DNA from: Octopus bimaculoides
Taxonomy: Eukaryota
Length of the DNA: 64,000 bases
Reading direction: 5' to 3'
NCBI RefSeq assembly: GCF_001194135.2
Contig: NC_068993.1
Location: 46,023,220 to 46,087,219, forward strand
Each line of letters starts with the position of its first letter. Position 1 is the stretch's first letter. Below are positions 28,094 to 38,893 of the stretch, piece by piece. Below the pieces are notes generated by a model. The model saw only the letters and a program-made list of their open reading frames with translations. It was not told the origin of the DNA and made no database searches. The translations under genes were made by a program, and so were the position numbers.

Positions 28094-28851
28094 TATATAT
28101 ATGTATATATACGTAAAAATATGTGGAGTATATATATATATGTATTTATGAGAGGTGTCATTTCTTTGTATAAAATGATAAAATTGAATTGGATTTATCA
28201 TTTAATGATTACATTATTTATTGTTTTGGTTTCCATTTCTATTTTATATTTATATATTGATAAACTGTTTGTTTACTTTATTTATTTACCTATTTGTTAA
28301 GACCGATAGTTCATAACATTGATATAGATAAAAATAAACTCAGTAAATTCTTCGGATATTTAATATACCTTAGGTGGTTATTTAACACGTAGCTAAATTG
28401 CTGTATATATATCAATCATTTACACACTGTAGTGCGTAAATAATTCTCTTAAGGTCAACATTTACTCACCCGCCACCACTGCTAGGCTTTGTCACTAAAT
28501 TAGTTTTTAACCAAATCAGATGATGTTTCTATTTTTAGATTGGTCACCTCATAAGCTATATTTCAAACTAAACGATTTGAAAATTGATACAGTAGAAAAA
28601 AAGTTTGAGTCAAATATCTGAGGTCACAAACAGGAGAATAACGCCTGAAATCGAATTTGAGTCCAAAGATTTTCTTTTTACAGAAATCTATATTTTATTT
28701 TAGCTTATATGATAGATCTCGACGACTGGAATTTAACCACGTTAGTTATATGGAAAATTATTCAGTAGAGAAAAAGTACCTTGGATTGACTTATTACACG
28801 AATTCTACTGTATTTAAATAAAATTAATTTTATCTTATTTTATATTTAAAA

Positions 28852-29020
28852 TACAGTTGTTTCCAAAAATAAGCCCATGGAACTAAATCCAGAATTAAAT
28901 AATTTTGCTTAAATAAATTTTCTCTGAAAATAATCTAAATTACTGGGGTTATGCATGGAAAGAGTTTCTGAATATAAGCCCATAGGCTTAATACCGGATG
29001 GGCTTATGTTTGGAAAATCC
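28852..29020. mobile_element. Degenerate pogo/Tc-type MITE
   Basis: tacagttgtttccaaaaataagccc ... gggcttatgtttggaaaatcc form imperfect inverted ends beginning at TA. Confidence 0.5.
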
Positions 29021-29235
29021 CAATAATGTCTTTATAGTTTTTGTTTTAATAAAATACTGTATATTTTTAAAATGTTATTCTCGGCTGCAATATAGAATTT
29101 TAATTTTAAGTATTTTGAGTTTACTTTAGAGGTGACGAATTAGGCAAATTCTAATGTAGAAATATTGTGCTGTACTTTCCCAGGTGTAATAACTTAACAA
29201 TATTAACATGTAATCGTCCGTATTTTTCATTGTAA

Positions 29236-29351
<116 letters not shown>

Positions 29352-29509
29352 TATATGTGTGTGTGTATGTGTATATGTGTGTGTGTGTACATATATATGT
29401 ATATATATATGTGTGTATATACATGTATGTGTGTGAGCGCGCGCGTATGGATATTTGAGTATACACACACAGACACACACGCACACACACATATATACAC
29501 ATACATGCA

Positions 29510-29542
<33 letters not shown>

Positions 29543-29926
29543 GCGCATATCCATACACATTTTCGATATAATGTCTCATAACAGACATAATCATGACCAC
29601 AATATGCATTATCATCATTGTCATCAGCATCATCTTCCCCTTCTTCCTTCTGCACCTCCTCCTCCTCCTCCTCCACCTCGTCTTCATCATCATCATTTAC
29701 ATAAACAGGGCAAACAACAATCGACAAATCTAACGTTATTGCTACTTACATTTATCATATCCGTCATTATAATTAAACTAGTAATGTTTCGTATCATTTG
29801 CCCCTCTGAAAACGCTATCACTATCATCCTCATCATTGGCGTCTTTGTCGTCGTCATCATCATCATCATCATCATCCCTATTATCATTTTAGTAGTAGTA
29901 GTAATAATAGAAGCAGCAGTAGCAGT

Positions 29927-30054
<128 letters not shown>

Positions 30055-31914
30055 CTTAATCTTTATTGTTACCGCTATGTGTGACAGCGAAATATTCGAT
30101 ATATTTTACGTGTCTTATCGTCTTGGAGCAGAATACAAATAGACAACGGAGAGTAATAATTATTTGGAAAAAGAAGAAGAGAAAGTCTAAGAATTGAAGA
30201 TTATAACAACAACATCGACTACAATAACAACTACAAGTACAATAAGAGCAGTAACAGCAACAACAACAACAACAATAACAACCGCAAAACTAGGCACAAC
30301 AGCAATATCATTGACAGTAGCAACAACAACTTCAACAAGCCAAATGAGAAGAGACAAAATTACCAATCACTACGGTTGTAACAATGGTTACAATAAAACA
30401 ACAGCAAAAGACATACAATGCCAAACAATACCAAAAAACAGTAGCAAAAGGGATTATGATACCTATGATGCTTGAGCTTTTAGAAATAGTAGCTAAATTC
30501 CCCTCAAATTACACTTCACTGGACCTGGTCCGACTCTCCATCGGTTATAACGACGAGTGTTTCAGTTTATCCGATTAACGGTACAATCTCTTCGTGAAAT
30601 TAACGTACAAGTCACTGAGCACTCCAGAATCACGCGTACCCATAACTTATTTCTTAGGGAGATGTAGAATGACACAATGTAACAAGGCTGGCCCTTTGAA
30701 CTACAGCTACCACTCACTTTTGTGAGACTAAAGATTTTTGAAGAGCATGTATAACGACTGTAGCAGTCTCACTACTTGACTGGTACTTTATTTTCTCGAC
30801 TATAAAGCGGTGAAAAGCAAAGTTGATTTGAAACTATATGGATTTCGGTTCAGCCTCACTGCGCGGTATCTTGCAAAAATGTCTTCTACTATATGGCTTG
30901 GGTGTACTATAGTTCCGGGTTGACTAATGACTTGAGGGAATTGAGCAGACGTAAACTAAGCCCGTGGTATACATAGATATGTGTGCGTGCGTGCGTGTTT
31001 GTTTGTTTCCCACCAACAGTTGACGGCTGGTGTTAGTCTATAAAGTCCCTGTGAATTAGTGGTTCGGCAAAAAAGACAAATTGGATATGTATCAGACTTG
31101 AATATAAGTCAATAGGGACGATTTTTCTCCTATACGCTTGAAGGCGGTGCCCCAGTGTAGTCACAGATTAAAGAATGAAACAAGAAAACAAGTGAAGAAG
31201 TAAATATTAGCATTGGCATAACCATTAAGAATATCATTATCAACAACAGCAACAACAACAACAACAACAACAGGCCAACATCATCAATAACATCATCAAA
31301 TCAACAAGAGGACTATGAACAGCATAATTAAAGAATATTGTTCATTTGTAATGAGCAATAGCTTTTGATTGGTGCCACGACGAGAAGATGGAAGCTGATT
31401 GTCTCTCGATAACGTGACGTATCTGTGATTCATTTGCATGATTAAATCGTTGTTTAATTAACAAACTCATTAAAATAAGTTGTATTAAAGGGCCTCCGTT
31501 TGTTGTGCGTATATGGTGTGTGTGGGTGTATGTGGTTTGGGTAGAGCTGTGACGCAGCTAATTTTAAAGTAATGGCTCTAATTAAGAGTCTTTCCCAACA
31601 TCATTAACATAATAGTCATCGTCAACATACGCTACGCCTTAATTGTCATCATCATTTCGAATACTGATCGCTATTGTTGTTATTTTTAATTTTGATGCCA
31701 GCTGAAATTCTGCTGCTCGTGCTGCTGCTGCTGCTATTGTTAATTTTGATGCCAGCTGTAACGCTACACTTTTTGTTGTTCTTCTTTATTTTGATGCCGG
31801 TCTTAATTCTATTGTTTTTCTTGTTTGCTTGTCTTCTGTGATTACATTCAAATTCCGCTTTTAATATTCCAAAATAAATTAATGAAAATTTATATGAATA
31901 AATATATAGGCTTG

Positions 31915-32021
31915 GTTTTTCGAATCTTTCATGAGAGGACAAAGAATCGGGCCCTAGCCTAGAAACAAGACTCATTCATTGGAATTTAAAGACCAGATAT
32001 GCATGCATATATGTATGTATG

Positions 32022-32056
<35 letters not shown>

Positions 32057-32920
32057 CCAAGATCCAAGGTTTCTTCATTGGAATTTCAACATCAACGGGG
32101 TATTTTTGAATGTATGTATGCAGGCATATTATGTATGAATGCATGCACATTTTTAAGTTTTGTTATGCATGTATTTTCATGCATATAATCATATATCTAG
32201 ACATGATCATTTTTAATTAAATGATAAACTGGAAAGTTCTAGAGATTTTTACAGTCCCAGTGATGGCTTGTATCTGTATTCTTTGTGTAAGCTATCACCT
32301 TTCTGGTTTTGAGAAGCCTAATTTCTCAAGTTTGGTATTTAGGCAGTGTGTTACATAACTCAGTACCCCAATAATTACAGTTATATAAACCTGAAATTGT
32401 GACCTGGATAGAGTAACTGCAGATTTCTCAATAATTCAGCGCAGGAATTTTATTTTCTGCTGAATATATGTATTTAGGTAGATATGTATGTATGTATCTA
32501 TGCATGTATATATGTGTGTCATTAATCAGTTTTATTTCACGATTTCTTGCCAATACAGAAAGAAGCGGTTTCTAACCTAGATCTGTGACTCCTTCATTAG
32601 GTATATTTGTATGTATGTATCTATGTATATATGCAGATGTATATAGTTGCATATCTAGACATCCTCATATATATTTAAATGATCAACATCTGGAAAGTTT
32701 CACAGAATTTTACCGTTCCAGTGATGGACTGGATCTGTAGTCTTCGAATGAGCTTCCCATTTCTGGTTTGAGAAGCCTTATTTCTCAAGATTGGTATTTA
32801 GACGGTGTTTTACATATCCCAAGGCCCCAATAATTACAGGTATAAACGTGAACTTGTAGTTTAGATAGAGTAATTGCAGATTATCAATAGTTCAGCGTAG
32901 ATATTCTCTTTTTCACTGAT
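31915..32920 (-). mobile_element. Tandem 3' fragments of a second R4-like RLE family (about 32520-32920, 32175-32462, and a UTR remnant at 31915-32005)
   Basis: Two clearly homologous blocks of about 280 bp. The minus strand reads SEKENIYAELL...FIPVIIGALGYV...NTNLEK.GFSKPE across frameshifts. The copies are separated by (TATG)n. Confidence 0.75.
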
Positions 32921-34035
32921 CTTCAGCTTTAAGTTAACATCCGCTGGGCAGCTAATGTCCAAAACTGTACACAGCTTTTCTTCTCTAGCACAAATCATTA
33001 TAGCAGGTCTGTTGTGCGAACATTTTTTTTTTATTATTTCATTTTCTATATTTATCTTTAATATAAGATTAATATAGATCAGATCATTTTTGATATAAGA
33101 TTAATAGAGACGACCGAAGCCTGTAGCAGTTACACATTCTCGACCATCTGGTAGAATCGTTAAGCACGCGAATAAAATGCTTGGCGGTATTTCGTCCGTC
33201 TTCACGTTCGGAATTCAAATTCCGCCGAAGTCTGCTGTGTTTTTCACTCTTTTGGGGTCGATAAAATACGTAGAGGTTAAACACTGCGGTATATGTAAAC
33301 GACTTACCCCAAAATTGCTGGCCCTGTTCCAAAATTTGACATCCTCGATTTCTTTCCATGGGTAAAAGTTTAAAAGCGTAATAGACAATCACGCATTGCA
33401 ACAAGCAGAATAATTTTATGAATGTTGTTATATCTCAATTAGAAATGTCATTTTACCATCCTCGAGCATTTTGTAAGTTTTCTAATACGTGGCTGGGAAA
33501 GAAAAAGAAGCTACAACTCAGAAGAAAGTAGATATCAGCATATCTAATTTACCACAGATCAGAAACCAATCCTGATGGGTGACAACAAAATGAACTCTTC
33601 TGAAAGCAATGAAAAAGAACCCAATAGATTGTTTTAAAACAGGAACGCGGTTTCAGTCTACTACCTAAAAGCGAGCATAATTTCCCTGACAGGCTTTCTG
33701 TACTGATTGGGTCGACACAATTTCAATCACAAGGTTTTAGTCGAACTGAAGTGCAGCTTGAAGAAAATTGCCGATTTTGGCTACGTAGCATGATCGAACC
33801 TGGAAATTTGTGATTGAGAGACTAACGTCATAATCATACAACCAGTAAATCATGCAACCCGTTTAAATAGCACTGAATAATGTTTTATGTAAGACTCTTC
33901 GAATGCTGGCTCGCCATTCTTCGCTATGATTTAATCTGTCACAATATATTATCCATCGTTTATCTAAGTTGAATAACAGACTTTCTTCGGTTTCTATCAG
34001 TTATTTTCAATGTCTTTCTTTGTTATTCTTTGCAG

Positions 34036-34173
34036 TGTGATCCTGGAATAGCTACGGATGCTCTTTACAATTTGATATACTGTAAACCAGAGATGATAAT
34101 GTTTATTGGAGGTGCTTGCACTGAAGTCACGAAAACTCTTGGAGAAATAGTGCCTTACTGGAACCTAATATTG
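34036..34173 (+). CDS. Internal coding exon of a GABA-B receptor-like class C GPCR (Venus flytrap domain), most like the protostome GABA-B-R3 type
   Basis: Pyrimidine-rich acceptor (tttctttgttattctttgcag) ends at 34035 and a gtaagt donor starts at 34174. The 138 nt are open in phase 0: CDPGIATDALYNLIYCKPEMIMFIGGACTEVTKTLGEIVPYWNLIL. This matches the GABA-B VFT pattern CDPG...G.C..V......WN(L/I). The PYWN and C-x-EVT motifs recall Drosophila R3 (from memory of family sequences). Confidence 0.92.
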
Positions 34174-34549
34174 GTAAGTTACGTTATCCGATACATAACC
34201 ATATAATTTCCACAATAACAGGGACCTTATCTTTTTGCAACCTAGCATTTCTTTGTATTAACGTACAGTGCTGCAACTACAAGATTTATTTCTATATTTT
34301 ACTTCTGAAACATGATTCATAATTCATGTCTGTAACGAAACCTTGTTGTTTATAGTTGGAAACTATGATTCTACATTTATGTTATTGTAGTAGATTTGAT
34401 AAATGTCTTATAGCTGTGACTGCTATACTGATTGTTTCTCTGGATTATACATATATACAAATATATAGTTTCCGCCTTCCATATCCATTCACAAAGTTTT
34501 GGTCGGCCCGAGGTTATAGTAGAGGACACTTGCCCAAGGTGCCACGCAT

Positions 34550-34640
<91 letters not shown>

Positions 34641-34644
<4 letters not shown>

Positions 34645-35080
34645 TGGAATGAAAGCGTTTGAAGAGGCCAGAATAACGCATGCAAAACTCAAAAGAGATA
34701 TAAGGAAGAATGTTACGATCGAGAAGGTGAATCGCTGGTGTGACAGACCATGCCTTTCTTTTGCTGGAGTCAAATCCCATTTGCAAACCCATGGAAAACG
34801 AAGCTGCACCAACTACTCTGTCTATATGTCTGTACACACCTTTCAATACAATGTGTGGCATAATGTCCACAAATTTAATGGAGGCCTCAAAAGACATTTT
34901 AAGATCCACAAAGGTCAGAACTTATCAGCAACTTTTGGTGGTCCAAACCAGATGTGCATTCTATGTGGGTGCCCTTTCAGAACATTGCCTGGTTCAAAAA
35001 GCCGCATCAGATGTCATGATGGTTCTGAAGTGTAGGTACAGGAGGTGGTCAAACTGTGCATAAGGAGTAGACAACCACCA
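34641..35080 (+). mobile_element. RTE-clade LINE 3' end with C-terminal zinc-finger-like motifs and (TA)n tail
   Basis: GMKAFEEARITHAKLKR..CDRPCLSFAGVKSHLQTH..GGLKRHFKIH..CILCGCPFRTLPGSKSRIRCH..*, followed by a short 3' UTR ending gtagacaaccacc(at)n. Confidence 0.75.
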
Positions 35081-35098
35081 TATATATATATATATATA

Positions 35099-35200
35099 TA
35101 CTGTAAATCCTCGAGTATAATACACACTTTTTTCCAAAATTTTAAAGGTCAAAACTTCTAGTGCGTACTGTATACGAGGTTCAAAATGAAAAATATTTTC
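35099..35200 (+). mobile_element. Left end of a pogo-type DNA transposon
   Basis: TA-CTGTAAATCCTCGAGTATAATACACAC with an internal inverted motif gtgcgtactgtatacgag, typical of pogo/Tigger termini. Confidence 0.55.
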
Positions 35201-36444
35201 TTAGCAAAACTTTCTAAGTGATAAATATGTAATGGCAATTTGGATAATTTTGGATAATTCTATATCTTAAGATTTCATGCTCTTTAATAAAGATTACTTT
35301 GCAATCCTCAGTATAGATACCAGGACAAATATATAAGCGAAATATACCTATACATACCGATAAATCTGTTCGAACACTTGCCAATATATACATCCATTTC
35401 CTGCGGATACATTCCGTCTACTAGCTCATCTCGACCATGTTGTTAACGTCAGAAATCGTACGGGGTAAATATAATGCCGCAGTATGATATAATGACTAGA
35501 GAACTCAAAATTATTTATACTTATAAATTGAGAATATAATCATTAGAATGATTATATTAGTGGCTAAAAAGATGGAGAAAAAGAGAGACAGAAACAGAGA
35601 AAGAACGAGTCAGACAGAGACAGAAAGACAAAATGGTAGGTGATGCGAGACGGGTGATATTTACCGAGACGTATCCCAAGTATTTATATGTGAAGAGACA
35701 ATTAATGTTTCTCTGTGCTAACAGAGATCATCCATTACGAGGCACTATTCTATTAAAACCGTAATTACATTCTTACAATAAAAATTTCAAGCAGCGTTTC
35801 TGGAACAAAGACATAAAAACGTTCAATACATAACACACACACAAACCAACAATCAACTGTGCACATTCACACATACACGTACATGTATATACACACACAC
35901 ATACACACACACACGCGCACATACACTTTCACACACACAAACAGAAACACACACACTCAAAAACACACTCACACACACACATTCACACACAGACGCACAG
36001 GTGCAACAGCAATTTCTTCAGACAAGTACGTTCACTTCTTTGAATCTTCGATTTCCCGCCGTATTACTTCCTAGCCAAGAACGTGTGATTCTTTTGTGTA
36101 GACATTCTGTATTCATTGTTGTCTCCTTTTGTTAAGACTCATTCTGTCGCGAGACATACGTGATTCCAAAAATTCTGAGGTTGGAAGCGAAAGGGAGGGT
36201 AAAATATCGATGAATAATAAAAACAACCTTGATGGTAACATTCCAATCAACTCACTGATTATATTTGCGTACCCATGTATATTTATTTCTTTATTGCCCA
36301 CAAGGAGCGAAACATAGAGGGAACAAACGAGGAAAAACAAAGGCATTAAGTCAATTACATCGACACCAGTGCGTAACTGGTGCTTATTTAATCGACCCCG
36401 AAAGGATGTTAGGCAAAGTCAACCTCGGCGAAATTTGAACACAG

Positions 36445-36690
36445 AATGAGGCCATGATGGTGCACCACCTTTACTGCATCCGGGGATTTTTCCAGTATTG
36501 CTTCTGGTGAAGTAGCGAGTTGAACGTTGCCGCACTTCTGTGTGTCTCCTGTTGCAATGTGGGTTCTAGTTCTTTTTTGAAGACTTCCATGTGTACACCT
36601 TACACAAATTTGATGTTCTGTGGTAGGACATTAAAAAGTTGTGATCCCTTGAATCACAAGCTCTTATATATTGGGTTCGTATCTTCAATG
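36445..36690 (-). mobile_element. CR1/L2-like LINE 3' end inserted into a SINE
   Basis: KGSQLFNVLPQNIK..GVHMEVFKKELE, resembling GP.LFN.LP...FK..LD. It ends taaaggtggtgcaccatcatggcc. Confidence 0.65.
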
Positions 36691-36813
36691 GAAATCACCA
36701 TGTCACACAAATATGGTTGTGATTCATATGCCTAGTGTACCAATATCAGACGGGTAGTCATGGTGGCTATACTGGGCTTCGTATATTTTACCTCAGTGTC
36801 ACTTCGATGTCTC

Positions 36814-36871
<58 letters not shown>

Positions 36872-37834
36872 TTTTCAAATCTTGCCACGGGCAAGTACGT
36901 GTTGTTGCAATAAAAGGTGTGTTTACGTATTTGGGTAATATATTAAAGTTTTTAAGTTTCCTTGAGATGTTCATTTGTCTGTCCAGTTGGAGAATACAGT
37001 AAGACTTTTGCAATGAAAAGGATCTTCACATTTTCGAATACTCAGTGAGAGTCAAAAAGAAAAGAAAACAAGTTGTAGATAATAAAGTTGTAAGATTTAC
37101 TAAATATGATCTTTTGTATGACCGCACGGAGAGAAATGGCAGTGTTCTTAGAATAAAAAGGAGGAGGATGTTTCTATTTTCGAATACTCAGCGAGAGAGG
37201 AAAGGATAAGTATTCACACAGTAGTTGTAGATATTAAAGGTTTTTTTTTTTTTTAAGCTGATCGTTTGTAAGTTTCCTAACTTATTTTATTTTGAGGGAG
37301 ATTTAAAATATCCTCAGGAAATTGTAGATATTCCGGTCTTTGGGAATAGTAGGGGGAAGAGATGTTCACCATGTTGGATATTTGAATTTCTGAATTTCTT
37401 TTTCTTTTTCTTTTGGAATTTTTCTTTTCTTCTTAAAAGTTTTGTTGTGGTTTACAGTTTTTCTAGTTGTGCGGTGTGTATATATCGGCAGGTGCTTACT
37501 TCCTTAATTTGTTTATCGTGCATTTAATTGAGTTGTTGCAATAAAAAGCATGTTTACATATTCTGTTAGTCAGGGAAGGAGAGAAGACAAAATGTTCAAA
37601 CAAAATTGGAGATATTAAACTTTCTAAATTTTTTAAGGTGTTTGTTGGTTTGTCCAAAGCTGTAGATACATAAGTCCCTTAACTTATTTTGAGGTAAATT
37701 AAAAATACTCAGAGAAAATTGTAGATATTCCAGTCTTTTATAAACTTATCTTTTTCAGTTGTCCCGCTGGGTTGTATTAATGTTTCTGTGTCTTCAGCTG
37801 ACAGGTCAGGGCAGCGAAGAACACGTCCAGCCGC

Positions 37835-37910
<76 letters not shown>

Positions 37911-37911
<1 letters not shown>

Positions 37912-38080
37912 GTTCAATAGTTTTATTCTTATAACGTGCTTTCACTTCACTACCGAGCGCAGCTCTGTGCGCCTTGGGTATGTGCTGTGGTTTCCTGTGG
38001 TGATCTTATGGTTACTGTATTGAAAGTGTTTTGCGTAGGATGTGTGCAGTGCCCAGTAGTGCAATTTTCTGTATGTTATA
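37911..38080 (-). mobile_element. R4/Dong-like family 1 3' end, flanked by (ATT)n on both sides
   Basis: YNIQKIALLGTAHILRKTLSIQ* plus a 3' UTR homologous to 19392-19560. Confidence 0.85.
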
Positions 38081-38107
38081 CATACATACATATTATTATT
38101 ATTATTA

Positions 38108-38166
<59 letters not shown>

Positions 38167-38855
38167 GTTGTTGTTAAGGCGGCGAACTGGCAATATTAGC
38201 ACACTGGACGCTGGACGAAATGCTTAGCGATATTCCGCCCATCGTTACGTTCTGAGTTCAAATTCCGCCAAGGTCGACATTGTCCTTCATCCTTTTGTGG
38301 TCCATAAATTCAGTACAGGGGTTGATGTAATCGACTTAACTTTCCCCCAAAATTTCAGGTCTTGTGCCTATAGTAGAAAAGATTATTATTATTAGTAGTA
38401 GTAGTATTAATATTATTAGTTGCGAAGGAGATTGAATAGAGTAGAAGCAAAATATCGAACGCCAAATTTTTATTGCCAAACATTATAACGGCAAAACTTG
38501 GATCTTCTAAAAGACATAAACAGCATTAAGAAAATGCATCCGAATGCTTTCTCGCTTTCTCTCTTTCATTCTTATTCCATCTCCCTCTCTCTCCCTCTCT
38601 TTTACACATACACACGTACACATTTGTCGTACTGTGTTTTCACCCTTGTATTATATAAAAAAAGGAGTTTTACTATTCTACCACAATATTATTGATTGGT
38701 CAATGTGAGCTAATAACGTTGATGGTAGTCTTAAGATAATTAATTTTTTCGTCGCGAAAAACGTATGCAAACGCTACAATAAATAGGCACACTCACACAA
38801 ACACACACGCATACGTATGCTTGTGTATGTGTGTATATACGTACACATACACACA

Positions 38856-38893
<38 letters not shown>

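Larger units (their letters stand above)
30835..34547. mobile_element. Further family A copies: degenerate (+) about 30835-31190; partial (-) 34468-34547
   Basis: Homology to 4491-4896 (gtcttctactata, ggttcggcaaaa, aaggcggtgcccca). Confidence 0.7.

Noticed and set aside
31687-31800. Three spaced copies of ttttgatgcc(a/g)g resembling a CRISPR-like array
   Set aside because: Only three short degenerate units with low-complexity spacers in eukaryotic DNA; a decayed minisatellite is the simpler explanation.
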